Shown one piece after another: positions 10,265-22,693 of a DNA stretch of 64,000 nucleotides. The position numbers were made by a program, and so were the translations under genes. This DNA is from Marsupella aquatica. Its lineage: Eukaryota; Plantae; Marchantiophyta. The stretch lies in contig OZ316893.1 in the NCBI GenBank assembly GCA_973895155.1, positions 15,158,645 to 15,222,644 on the forward strand, read 5' to 3'. The notes under the pieces were generated by a model. That model made no database searches. It saw only the letters and a program-made list of their open reading frames with translations, and was not told the DNA's origin. Numbering within the stretch: the stretch's first letter is position 1; each line of letters starts with the position of its first letter.

Positions 10265-12545
10265 TAGCTCCTCTCTTAATTGCGAAGCGTCCCCGCGAGC
10301 ACCATACTCTTCCTCCATGTAGTATTTCTTTAGGCGTTCTTGATTGATCCGTGTGTTGAGTAGTTGCCCCTCCAACGTCTTGAGTTAACTGAGCCGTTGG
10401 AGTAGACAGCGTCTACTACGTAGGGCCCCATCCAACGTGTATGCAACTTCCCGGGGAAATGCATGAAACGACTGTCGTAGAGGAGTACCAAATCTCCCTC
10501 CTCAATGGACACACGATGGAGACAGGAATTGTAATGTGACTTCCGTTTGCTTTGCTCCTGCTCCGTACGGGTCAAAGCCTCTTCTCGTGTCTCAGTGAGT
10601 TGCTCCAACTGTTGGATCCGTGCAGCTACACTTCTTTCTTCCCCTTCCCTTTCCCGTGTTAGGATCCGAATGGTGGGCACTTCAAATTCCACCGGCACAA
10701 GAGAGTGTTGTCCAAACACAAGGAAATAGGGGTTGTGGCCCGTGGTAGTCTTGTGAGCCAGGTTGTAGGCGTAAGTAGCAGCCAACAACTTCAAATCCCA
10801 ATCTGTCTTGTGAGCTGATACCGTCTTGTTAAGAATCTTGCCCATGATCCCGTTTGCTCTCTCAGTGAGCCCGTTGGCTCGAGGATGGTATGGAGTGGTC
10901 TTCCTATGTGAGATCAAGTAGTTCTCCGTCAGACGTTCAATCGTATGATTGAGAAAGTGAGTACCCCTGTCACTCACCAGCTCCAATGGGGGACCAAATC
11001 ATGTAAAAATCTGCTCGTACAAAAAACGTGCTGTGGTGTTGACATCATCCTTGGCAGTGGCTCGGGCCTCCACCCACTTTGTGGCATAGTCCGTTGCAAG
11101 AATGATGTAGCGCTTCCTCCCTCTTCTAGTGATGGGAGTGAAGGGGCCAATGAAATCAACCCCCCACTTCTCAAAGGGTGCAAGAGGAAGTATGGGCACC
11201 AAGGGGTGGCGTGAGGAGGGCCCTGGTTTGCCTTGACGCTGGCACGGATCACATCGTTGGATGTACCGGTGTACATCCCGAAAGAGAGTTGGCCACCAAT
11301 ATCCAGCATCTAGTATTTTCCTTGCGGTGGTCTCCCGTGCAAAGTGGCCACCAGCTTCCTCCTCATGTAATGCTGCCATGACTGTACGTATCTCAGCTTC
11401 CTCCAAACAACGACGAAGACGGCCATCCATGCCGTACTTGTGAAGTACTCCCCTCACAAGCAAGTAGGGACCTGTCTTACGTAAAAACACTGCTGCTCTC
11501 TCCGGGCCCAAACGTGAGGGAACTCTCGCCGTACGGAGAAATTCCAAAATTTCTCCATACCAAGTGGTGGCCTCCGTAATCACGCTGAACACTTCTTCAT
11601 CCGGGAACCGATCATCAATCTCCTGTGAGTCAGATGCTCCCTCAATACGGGAGAAGAAGTCTGCATTGCTGTGACTCTTCCCCGATCTCACTCTCACCTC
11701 ATAGTTGAACTCCTGCAGCAACAAAACCCAACATGCAATTCTCCCGGACAGATCTGGCTTGTTGACCATGTATTTCAAGCTGTTGTGATCCGTGTGGAAC
11801 ACAACCTTGTATCCCAACAAATAATGACGATACTTTTTACAAGCGTAAATGATACCAAGTGCCTCCCTATCGGTGGGTGAGTAATTCTTCTCTGCCGGGG
11901 CCAACTGCCTACTGGCAAAGTAGATGGGATGGTCCCTTCCTTCATCATCTAACTGACTCAAAATGGCACCGATGCAAAATCCTGATACGTCTACATAGAC
12001 ATGGAACTCCTTATTCCAATTGGGCGTAATGAGTACGGGAGCCTCTAGCAAACGTTTCTTCAATTCATCAAAAGCAGCCTGTCGGGATGGAGTAGGTTCA
12101 AATTCACTTCCCTTCTTCAACATGGAGGTGAGTGGCATGGCTACCTTGGCGAAGTCTTTGATGAAGCGTCGATAGTATCCAACACACCCCAAGAACCCTC
12201 TCACTTCCTTTACGTTCTTGGGAAATGAGACTGCTACCCACACGACCACCTTCTCACGGTCAACTTCAATCCCCCGTGCAGACACTTTGTGGCCCAATAG
12301 GATCCCCTCCTCAATTCCAAAGAAACATTTCTCAGGATGCAGCTTCAAGCAAGTCTCTCGGCACCGCTGAAAAGTCAACCGTAAGTGTTCCAGATGCTTG
12401 ACTCGTTTGCCATAGACAGCAAAGTCATCAATAAAGATCTCCAAGAACCTGCGTAAAAAGGTCATGAAATATATTCATTATGAGCCGCTGGAACATGCCA
12501 GGGGCATTGCACAACCCAAAAGGCATTCTACGAAATGCAAAAATT
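10241..12545 (-). pseudogene. pol: Gypsy pol remnant (RT C-terminal half, RNase H, integrase)
   Basis: AFRRMPFGLCNAP, FLEIFIDDF (RT), YVDVSGFCIGA (RNase H), H..GGH/CDPCQ zinc finger, WGVDFIGP, LVSDRGTHF, GLTERAN, GKLHTRWMGPY. Defects: frameshift near 12460, TGA at 10999-11001, frameshift near 10385. Confidence 0.95.
10265..10280 (-). promoter_or_regulatory. Polypurine tract of the gypsy element
   Basis: Minus strand reads ATTAAGAGAGGAGCTA directly before the LTR start TGTGAC. Confidence 0.75.
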
Positions 12546-13102
12546 GCAGCTCGCGGCTCGCGGCTCACTCGCGGACGCTTCCCCTTCCTCGCACGGTAGC
12601 TCGCGGACCTCCTTAGGAGGGATTTATTTTAAAACCCCCCCATACTCCTCACTCGCGGCAGCTCGCAGCAGCTCCCGCCCTCTGTAGGGCTTGCAGCTCG
12701 CTGGCGGCTCACGGCTTGCTCGCGGACGCTTCCCCTTCCTCGCACAGCAGCTCGCAGCTCGCAGAAGGATTTAATGGGGGTTTAATTAAACCCCCCATAC
12801 TCCTCCAGTCCTGCCTGAGTGTTGCTTTAGAAGGGGTGTTACCAAAAAATTAAAAATGCTTATTTCCCGGACTTCCTTACCTTCCCGGAAAGTCACAATT
12901 TTAAACCCCCCCAGGTTTTTGCCCCATAATTAACCCGGGTCTAGACAAAACTGTTGGGGTCTCCGACTATCCCGAGATGCTTTAAAAAAACTTTATAGAT
13001 TTAAAGAACATTTAAAAAAAACTCGCGTCTATGGGCTTATTTATTTACAGGTGTCTTGCTGGTGACACTAATGGTGATTTACCGTGGCGGGACCCCGTCA
13101 CA
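12546..13102 (-). repeat. Truncated 5' LTR (first ~557 bp only)
   Basis: Near-identical to 9706-10264 and fused directly to RT coding sequence at 12545. Confidence 0.9.
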
Positions 13103-15068
13103 TTGATATCAGTCACTAATAATTGATGAAATAATTGACCCCAAAAAGTGTTTTCCACTTTTGGCTAAAATTTGTTTAGTTAGATTCTTTTATGCATGTC
13201 ATTTGCCACTTTCCCACCAAAGCATGGACCCTATGTGGTAGCATCTAATGGTCGTCAGTAATCTAAGGATACCTAGCGGTCAAAATATAATCCAAGGAAA
13301 ATTAATAAAAAAATATTCCTCACATCTCCTCCCTTAGAGCGACTTACATTTGCCACATTGGCTAAAAAGTTGCGTGAGACATTTGAGGGTTTGGACCCCC
13401 TAGTATAAGTGACTATTTGTTTTTTGCAAAACCATTTAGACTTTCTTTAAATTTTGTCCTTTTTTTACTAAAAAACCCTTTAAAACTTTTTAAAATGTTT
13501 TTTACAATTAAATAAGCCTATTTGTTCTTTAAAACTAACCCAGTCAATAAAGCATACCCTATTTGTTATTCCATCAAAATTTGGAAGTATTCCGCCACAC
13601 CCATTTAAATGGGCCTATATTTCATCGCACATGATGTGTGACCCCCTAAGGGACAAACCTCTAGAGAGGTGAACCATTTATCTCTTCTGTTGACTAGTTG
13701 TGTATTTGTTGGATGTTGCAAATTATGTGCATATTGTTTGAATGACAATCATTGACTCAAAAGGTTTTTGGTATACTTGATCATTTGTTTGGGCAACTTT
13801 TTGATTTTGTTTAAGCTCAAATGTTTCCAACATGTTTTTGGATGTCCAATCTATTATTTGAGAAATTTGCATACTTTCTGAAACAATTTGTTCCATTCCG
13901 GATGACCACCAAGATGGTCAAATATTGTACAATGGACATTGATTTCATTTTTGTGAAATACGGGTTAAATATTTAGGCATGAGCAACAACTTACCACTTT
14001 TGGTAAAAACAAATTCAGGTTTGAGAAGGACACCCTAAGTTGTTTGGGTAAAAGCCCAAGTGGAAGGAGGTCATGATCGGCTACAGTGACCCATGGGTAG
14101 TTTGGGCTGCAAGCTAGAATCTTCGTTGTTGCAAAGGATTCATGAGTACTTTGGGCCACAACTTGGTCTCCTCACTAATAATAAGATCATTGTGAGTACT
14201 TTGGGCCATAGTTTGGGCGCCAATGGCCACAGTTTGGACGCTTCAGTTTAATAAAAGTGTTGTAAGTACTTTGGGCCACTCTGTGGGCGCTAGTAGTTTG
14301 TGAGCAACACTGCCAATAACTGAAGCAATTTTAGAGGGGCAGTGAACTATGAATGATGCTACACGTAATGGAAGTGATGAAGTGGACAAGAGGTAGGGGA
14401 TTGTAATGACCTCCAACTACTAAAGCAAGGTAGTGATAAGGTAATGTAACTGAAACAGGTTGCAAACAGTATGTTTTGCGTTTACAAGTCAAATTTCAAT
14501 CAAATTATAAGGTGCTCCCCAAGTCTTTTATAGAACTTTTGGGCTAGTCCATCCAAGCCAACCCACCAGTCCAACCATGGTCTATTTTTGTTCACTTAAG
14601 TTGTTATTTTGAAGGGAATATGTACAAAAAGAAAAAGTAAAGCTTGCACAGCCACAAAGACATGTAAATAGCTAGGAATAATCAACTTTATTTAATGCAA
14701 TTTAGCTTTTTCTTTTGGAAACAAGGGGAGCAACCCTCTCTATACCAACCATAGGGGCAAAAACCACAATAGGAAACACTGATACCAATTGCACTGGGGG
14801 AGGCTGGGGTCTTGTGGCCTAATTAAAGGAGAACCACATTAATTAGGCCACAAGGCCCTAAAAGACCCACTAGAGGACAAGCTAGAGGGTCACACCCGTG
14901 GGAAACCAGAGAGGAAATTGATGATCAAAGACTAACCTGGTTGCTCATTTTCTCATTCTTCCTACAATTTGTATCCTTATCCTTACAAGGCTCTTGGAAT
15001 TTTACCAAAGTACCATGCAGGTAACCAAGCAATCATCAGCTTCATTCCAAGCTCTACTGGCAAATTAA

Positions 15069-17992
15069 TCCATGGACCCCCATGTTCATCCAAGGAATGT
15101 GTGTTTGATGAAGTGAAATCAATTTTCAACAAGGCGGTAATCGACGGTTTTGAGTCTCCCGATGGTCTTGGTGTGTGCTCGTACAAAAGAAAACACTCAA
15201 AAGATAGAGGAGATTTATCAACGGAAGGTTGAATACGGAGGAATTGAGTTTTTTGACTGTTTTTGCTTACACATTGGAAAAATTGTTTCTATCATTCATG
15301 ATTGATCGTTCGTGAGTTATATTGAGCATTACTGCCACAAGACAGACTGAAGGACAACACTTAGCTATTGGCAAAAGAGCGCTTGTCGATTCGGTGGGAA
15401 GAACACACAAAACAAACAAGTCATCGCTTCACATGAAGGATTTGTAGTTTTTTTATTTAAGAAAGCTATGGTGTGAGAGGGAGACCAACGATTGTTTCTT
15501 TGACATAGAGGCTGCATTTGGCATCAACCTATGTTCAGAGTGAGCTTCAGTTGAAGACAAGGGATGACGATGCAATCAAAAAAATCAATTTTCAACAGCT
15601 AAGTTTGTGACGGTGATGAGATTGTGATATCTCTTAATCGAGAAAGGGTTTCCAATGAGCCTCAGATTCACAAAATTTGTCAAGTTCCAAATGAGTTTTG
15701 AATTTCTTTGCCTTTCCAATGAGTGTGAGTATAAGAAAAATTGATCATGAGTCCATGAATTCTTTTAGCTTTCCAACATTGAGTCCGACATTGACAAATT
15801 TTACGTCAGATTTTGTCACGATACTAAAGAGATCATGAGGTTTTCAATCTCTCTAGCTTTCTAATGTGTGACATTGAGATTATTCGTCAAGAATTAGAGA
15901 GATCATGAGTATCTGAATTTCTCTAGCTTTCCAATGAACCTAACATTGATAGATTTTGTCAAGTACTAAGGAGATGATGAGGTTTTAATTTTACTTTAGC
16001 TTTCCAATGAGTGTGACATTGAGAGATTTTATCAAGACAATACTAAAGAGGTCACGAGTTTCTAAATCTTGATCTTGAGTTTTCCAATGAATCAAACATT
16101 GACATATTTTATCAAGTACTAAGGAGATTGATTATTTAGTTTTACAATGTGAAGCCAAAGGGGTTTTAACTATGTACATTTTTATTGGTTGGTTTTTTCA
16201 AGCTTGCAAACAATTAAAAAATATAAGCATTTTGATATAAAACACTGATATATCTTTGATAAATATAAAAATGGTAACTTTATTTTACTAAATGACATAT
16301 CTCCCTTTGTATTTTGGTTTTTTTTACGTTCAATATTTACGGCATGGCGCTCCAAAAATTACGTTGCTTTTGCCACAAACAGGAATGTGCACGTTTGTTA
16401 TTGTTAAAAGTAGGATCATTCCTGTTTGTGGCTGGTTGTGGTGATGTGGCGCAACCTCGTGGCAGGAAATTTGCAAGAGACCTCTCATGGGGGTCCGTAA
16501 TTAATCCATGGACCCCCATGTTCATCCAAGGAATGTTTGTGTGATTAAGTGAAATCAATTTTCATCAAGGCGGTAACCAACGGTTTTGAGTCTCCCGATG
16601 GTGTTGGTGTGTGCTCGCACAAAAACAAATGCTCAAAAGATAGGATTTATCAAACGGAAGGTTGAATGTGGAAGAATTGAGTTTTCTTATAGGTTTTGCT
16701 TACACATTGGAGAAATCATCTTTCAACCATTCTTGATTGATTGTTTGTGAGTTATATTGAGCATTACCGCCACAAGACAGACTAGAGCACAACACTCAGA
16801 TGTTGGCAAAAGAGCGTTTGTCAATTTGGTGGGAAGAACACACAAAATGAATGAGCCGTCACTTCAAACAAAGGATTTGTAGTTATTTTTATTTAAGAAA
16901 GCTATGGTGTGAGGGGAAGACCAACAATTGTTCTTTGACATAGAGGCTGCATTTGGCGTCAACCTGTGTTTAGAGTGAGCTTTGGTTGAAGACTATCTAA
17001 GAGATGCGAACAATTCAAGTCGGGAAGCAAGCATTGTGGACAAGCGATGGTGACATAATCAAAGAAATCAATTTGTAGCGGCTAAGTTTGTGACGGTGAC
17101 GAGATTGTGATATCTCTTAATCGAGAAAGGGTTTTCAATGAGCCTCAAATTGACAAATTTTGTGAAGTTCCATATGAGTTTTTGAATATCTTTGCCTTTC
17201 CAATGAGTGTTAGTATAAAAAAATTTGATTATGAGTTCATGAATTCTTTTAGCTTTTTAGCTTTCCATTGAGTCTGACATTTACAAATTTTATGTCAGAT
17301 TTTGTCACGGTATTCAAAAGATCAGGAGGTTTTCAATCTTTTTAGCTTTCTAATGTGTGACATTGAGATTATTTGTCAAGAAATAGAAAGATCATGAGTA
17401 TCTAAATTTCTCTAGCTTTCCAATGAACCTAACATTGATAGATTTTGTCAAGTACTAAGGAGATGATGAGTTTTTAATTTTACTCTAGCTTTCCAATGAG
17501 TGACATTGAGAGATTTTATCAAGACATTACTAAAGAGGTAACGCGTTTCTAAATCTTGATCTTGAATTTTCTAATGAATCAAACATTGGCAAATTTTATC
17601 AAGTACTAAGGAGATTTATTATTTAGTTTTACAATGTGAAGCCAAATGGGTTTTAATTATGTACATTTCTATCGATTGATTTTTTCAAACTTGCAAACAA
17701 TTAAAAAATACAAGCATTTTGATATAAACCACTGATATATCTTTGACAAACATCAAAATGATAACTTTATTTTACTAAATGACATCTCTTCCTTTGTATT
17801 TTGGTTTTTTTTTACGTTTAATATTTACGGCATGGCGCCCCAAAAATTATGTTGCTTTTGCCACAAACAGGAATGTGCACGTTTGTTATTGTTAAAAGTA
17901 AGATCATTCCTGTTTGTAACTAGTTGTGATGATGTGGTGCAACCTCATGGCAGAGAATTTGCAAGAGACCCCTAACGGGGGTCCGTAACTAG
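15069..17992 (+). mobile_element. Two head-to-tail copies of a ~1.45 kb non-autonomous Helitron-like element (15069-16504, 16505-17992)
   Basis: Each unit starts A|TC. The last unit ends with hairpin GACCCC-TAAC-GGGGGTC then CGTAACTAG|T. The junction reads CGTAATTAA|TC. Internal ~60-bp subrepeats (CTAGCTTTCCAATGAG...). Confidence 0.7.
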
Positions 17993-18309
17993 TTTCCTCA
18001 TTCCGTTGATTTGATTTTGACCACTGCCACTAAAGCTATTCTTCCATTATCTATGCTTGTAAGACAGTTAAGTGGGCCTCAACTTCCAAATTCCTATTCC
18101 TCTTCAGGTGTCTATTCATGGAGGTTATCTTTAGTTAGAGTCTGGGGAATTCTTTAGTTAGAGCCCAGGTTTGGATAACAACAGTGACCTCATGCATTGC
18201 CTTTTGCAAATTTTGAGCTCTTTTCTTTGTCTATGAGATTTGTGCAAGCACTTGTGGTAGAAAAATTTCAATTCCCTCTAATTGAGCCTCTGACTTGACA
18301 AAGAGGCCC

Positions 18310-18900
18310 AACCAGACAAAACCTACTATATTCAACATAGAAGTATGATTTGTGATGTATACACTTTACAAGTTGTATTCAGATTTCACACTATCTTAGA
18401 ATTTTTTCATTCCCTTCAACGTCACAAAGATGCCACCCGCCGAAGCCTACCCAAATGGACAAAACCTACAATATTCAACATAGAAGTAGGATTTGTGATG
18501 TATACATGTTGCATGTTGTATTCAAATTTCACACTTAAGAAATTTTTGATTCCCTCCAACTTTACAAAGATGCTGCCCGCTGAAGCCTGCCCAATCGGCA
18601 AAACCTAAAATATTCAACATAGATGTAATTTGTGATGTATACATGTTGCACGTTGTATTTGGATTTTCACACTTAGAAAAAAATTCATTCCATTTGACTT
18701 TACAAAGCTGCCAGTCGTTGAAGCGTGCCCAAATGGACAAAACCTACCATATTCAACATAGAAGTATGATTTGTGTGTCATACATTGTGCACAATGTATT
18801 CATAATTCAGACTTGGAAATGTTTTCATTCCCTTCAACTTTACAAAGATGGTCGGGCCTAAATGGACAACAACATGTCATATTCAACACAAAGACGTGTT
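18310..18900. repeat. ~140-bp tandem repeat, 4-5 diverged units
   Basis: ACAAAACCTA..ATATTCAACATAGAAGTATGATTTGTGATGTATACA recurs near 18317, 18459, 18599, 18738 and partially 18870. Confidence 0.8.
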
Positions 18901-19407
18901 TACAGCGTATGCACCATGGAAAATGTACTCAGAGCTAACATTTGCAAATGAAAGGCTTCATTCTTCATTGGATGGAATACAACATCCACTTTGTAATAGT
19001 TTGAACTCATTCAAGGTAGTGTTAAGGTTCATACACAAATGTGCCCTGCTACCATCTAACTTCCCAATACACTAAATAATGACTGTGATATATATGACTG
19101 TCTATTTTGTGGTATCTACTTCATACAAAAGCCCAAAATAAGGGCAATTATAGCAGCTTCCTGAGCAAGTTTAGTGATGCGGCGCACCCATTGTAATCCA
19201 AGGAGTTTTTAATGTGTACGTGGATTGGAAGGCATACTACCAGTGCCTAATGTTGGTGCTCCAACGGTTACAAGGTACTCACTTTCTCCAACATTGTTCA
19301 CATTGTCATGCTCTTCCCCTTCCGCCTACACATTACAATAACATTAAAAGGAAACTAATTCAGACGATGCGAGTACTTTTACATGGACAATTCTTTGTCT
19401 TGCAACA

Positions 19408-19947
19408 TTATAATGGTACTTGCTCATCTTTGGGTATTGCTTGGGTAACCAGGATTTCTTCAAAAGATAGTTTGTTGTGCCCAACCTGTCCACACCTGTT
19501 GCACGTACACTTCATAGTGCCCTGCTTCCTCTTTTTAGGCAGGATTTCAACCATTGGGAGTCCATTGGTAGAGTTTGCACCTGGAAACAAAATGTCTCTC
19601 TCATTGTCATCATCCATTGAATATGTGAGACATAGCCTTCCTGCTGGATCCAGATGGAGGTCCTCCCCATTCCCTAAAGCCCTAGAACAAGTTTCTGTGT
19701 GAATTCTCACAATCTGGTGTTGCCCATTCACCACAACAAGCTCTTGAGCATGACAACTTACACTAAATGGAAGGTGACTGGAAACAAAACTAGGTAATAC
19801 ACCATCATAAAGTAAAAGCAAAGAGTGTGTCTGCCAACACTTATAAAAATGCCTAGCCGGATTCTTTCCTATTTCATCATCCCATGCAATATCTTGGGGG
19901 TTCTCAACATTCTTTGGAGCCCTTTGACGTTCTTGTGTGTCTTGCAT
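19408..19947 (-). pseudogene. Degenerate ORF with a zinc-knuckle-like motif, possibly a MULE-associated remnant
   Basis: KKRKQGTMKCTCNRCGQVGHNKLS resembles a CX2CX4HX4C knuckle lacking the final Cys. Nothing else is recognisable. Confidence 0.3.
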
Positions 19948-19990
19948 TTGTGCCCTCTCATGATAGGGGACATTGACCTCCCAAACATCA

Positions 19991-20163
19991 ACTGCGTGTT
20001 AAATCTACGTCAAGTTAATGTTGTTTGTACACCAGAACATAAACCAATACACTATATTTATGATCTACAAATTGAGTGATTTGAACGACATGTGTCTTGG
20101 TTTATGTTCTGGTGTACAAGTCTATGTTTAGGTTGTAGGGCTAACGTAGATTTAACGCACGGT
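19991..20163. mobile_element. 173-bp Mutator-type MITE (foldback)
   Basis: TIRs ACTGCGTGTTAAATCTACGT / ACGTAGATTTAACGCACGGT, an inner perfect 23-bp inverted pair TTGTACACCAGAACATAAACCAA, and a 9-bp TSD CAAACATCA (19982-19990, 20164-20172). Confidence 0.85.
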
Positions 20164-20420
20164 CAAACATCACCTCTGGTCTACAAATGCATTGAATGAT
20201 TGTCCTCCATGCTTGACATGCTCCCTCTAAGCGTACTATACACATTAATTAGGGGAGTGGAAACACTCATGACCCTACTGTGCAAGCTCATGTGCATCAA
20301 AAAAATGTTGTGTAAAATGATGAGAACTTGCAAAAGTTCTGTAACATGTTAGTGATTGGGTGGGTCCTCCTCTGAATACGTACATTGTCAAGAATGTATT
20401 CGGTTCAAGATATAGGCATG

Positions 20421-20515
20421 TTTACGGACCCCCATGAGAGGTCTCTTGCAAATTCCCTGTCACGAGGGTGCACCACATCACCACAACCAGCCACAAATAG
20501 GAATGATCCTACTTT
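20421..20515 (-). repeat. 3'-end fragment of the Helitron-like family at 15069-17992
   Basis: Reverse complement of ~16405-16500 (TTACGGACCCCCATGAGAGGTCTCTTGCAAATT...). Confidence 0.75.
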
Positions 20516-21508
20516 TTTAGCTTTTACACACGTACACCAAGGTTTACTCCAAACCCTAAGTTGTTTAACTATATATAATATAATACATTTGTTATACATG
20601 GATGTTAATGTCTACACCGCTTTGTATATGTCGTGGTCGCACAATGTCTTGTTCATCCAACATTGTGGTCTCTGTATATAGTGATGTCAATGTATACATG
20701 ATCTAATTCCAATGCTCTATGTCGTCGTGAGGCCGCACGGCGTATGGTTTGTTTAACATTACGGTTGATGTTTGTATGCATTTTGGTCAATGCTTGGGTC
20801 AATGTATACAATGTCAATGCATTGATTCACTCACAACTGTGATCACAGTCAACTGCGTTTGGTGATGCAGTCGGACACTAATGAACAGTAGATCATGTTG
20901 CATTTTACAATGACAATCTTGCTTTGTAAGGACGGCACTGTCCATTAGAAGGACATTCCAATGGTACCTTTGGTGGGCTGGAGGTCCACTGGGAGAGAGT
21001 GTGCAACTTTTGGTCTGTTAAGTAAAATAAATTGTGTTTGGAGGTCCATTATATTAAACTATATATTAAGCATTATATTAAGCTATATCAAGCTTTCATA
21101 TAGCAAGTGGAGGTTCAAGGAAGCATGGACTGATAAGGGAAGATTGAAAGTTTAGGGTTCCCTCTCATAAATCATAGTCCCATTCAAGGCTGTTGAATAT
21201 ATTTTTGCATTAAAAAAAGATGAAGGCAAAGTATATACAAGATACCATAGCAGAAACCAAATGGGAGCAAAGAAAACAAACCCAGGGGCCAAAATGGAAT
21301 GGTGACCGAACAACATAGTGTTGACCGCCACCCATGAGAAACACCGGGCAACCAAGACTAGGGTTGGTGTCAGGAAAGGTTTAATGATTCCACCACGTTT
21401 CCATCATTGACCCCAAATTAGTGTGCGTACTTACTTCAAAGTTCCAAAGATCTCATTTTCACTTAAAATTTGGGTTAGGATAATGTAAAGTGTCCCTAGT
21501 ACATCTCC

Positions 21509-22693
21509 GTGGCTTCATCTCCGTGGCTTCATCGACAACTCTGTCTTCCTATTTCTCACGGTGGTTTTGGGCTTACTTCCACTGAGCGTCTTGCACCTTT
21601 GGCCTTCTTGGGCGCATGGGCGGCCGCCTTCTCATTGTTGGCAAATCGTTTCCTTATTGAGGATCGAACTTTTTTACTTTCGTCTCTCATGGAGGTCGAG
21701 GAGGGTTCCCTCCCATTTCAGGTTCATTTGCGCACGACGCGGTCATCATTACCCGATCCCATTCGAGCTGCGTTACCTTCATTCTAGGAGTTTTTATCCT
21801 TGGACCCCGTCCATCTTCAGGCAGACCTTGCTGGGCGTATGCATGCTTTCACCCTCTCCAGCATCCTCACCGAGGCACCTGACACGGACCGAGCTCGGAT
21901 TCTTTCTTCCGGAGGGAAGGGCGCAGGAGGCTGGCTTTAGGCCAATCCAGTCATTCCTCACCTGTGGATGTCTTCAGCGGAGTTTGCGACAGCCATGCGT
22001 CTTCGTATGGGCTTGCCCCACCCACTTCTTGCTGGTTTACCTCCTACTTGCACTTGTGGGAAGCCTTGTGATGCCACAGGTGTCCATCTTCTTCGATGCA
22101 ATTTGGGCGGCGAAACCATTTTTGTTCACGACGCTGTGAGAGATGCGACTGCTCAAGTTCTCTCTGGCTCTTTGGTCTGCGCGCGGCGGGAGGTGGTGCT
22201 CGAGTTACCTGGTCCTCCATCACAGCGGTTACGGGTGGATCTTACCATGGTCCGTGAAGGTCACCGTACTTTGGCAGATGTAGTGGTGGCAAACCCATTG
22301 CGCCAAGACATCATTGGGACAGCGACAACAATGGCAGGGGCAGCAGTATCACGAGCAGCAACAACGAAGGAGGCCAAATATGCTGCACGAGCTTCATCTG
22401 ATAGCTTCCTGCCCCTTGCTTTTGAGATATTTGGGCGTCTCCATCATCAGTTCGACGGGCTTCTTCGCCAAGCTGCTCGGGATGTTCACGGCCGGATGGG
22501 TCCCACGGTATCTGTTTTGACCACGCACTTTCGCCAACGCATTTCAGTCACCTTATAGCGTGCTCAAGCTCGGGCTGTCTATCGTCGATCTCTGACAGTG
22601 GGTGCTAGTGTGACTCCGCAGCGGCTAGCCCCCCTAGAGGACATTCCTGTCCCACTTGCCGATCTAGTTTCGACACTTGATGTAGACCACTAG
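21509..22693 (+). mobile_element. 5'-truncated CRE-like non-LTR retrotransposon (post-RT region, zinc knuckle, restriction-like endonuclease); 3' UTR to about 22940
   Basis: One frame with two TAG interruptions (21785, 22556): LPISHGGFGL, RLRMGLP...CTCG..CDATGVHLLRC...VHDAVRD, RVDL, LADVVV, KEAKY, FLPLAFEIFGRL, RISVTL*RAQA. Confidence 0.8.

Larger units (their letters stand above)
6298..13102 (-). mobile_element. Ty3/gypsy (Athila-related, non-chromovirus) LTR retrotransposon with an internal deletion of most of the 5' LTR, PBS, gag and protease
   Basis: TGT...ACA termini with perfect 5-bp TSD TTGAT (6293-6297, 13103-13107). RT-RNaseH-integrase order. PPT at 10265. The terminal ~557 bp is repeated at 9706-10264 and 12546-13102. 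Confidence 0.93.
5157..13370. mobile_element. Old long-TIR (foldback/MULE-like) element that hosts the nested copia solo LTR and the gypsy element; ends approximate
   Basis: 5157-5239 plus 5585-5722 is the reverse complement of ~13138-13368 (e.g. TTAGCCAAAAGTGGCAAACACTTTT vs AAAAGTGTTTTCCACTTTTGGCTAA). Outer ends and TSD were not resolved. Confidence 0.6.

Noticed and set aside
15600-17640. Regularly spaced ~60-bp motifs resembling a CRISPR array
   Set aside because: The intervening sequences are themselves similar, the repeats are degenerate, the context is eukaryotic and there are no cas genes.
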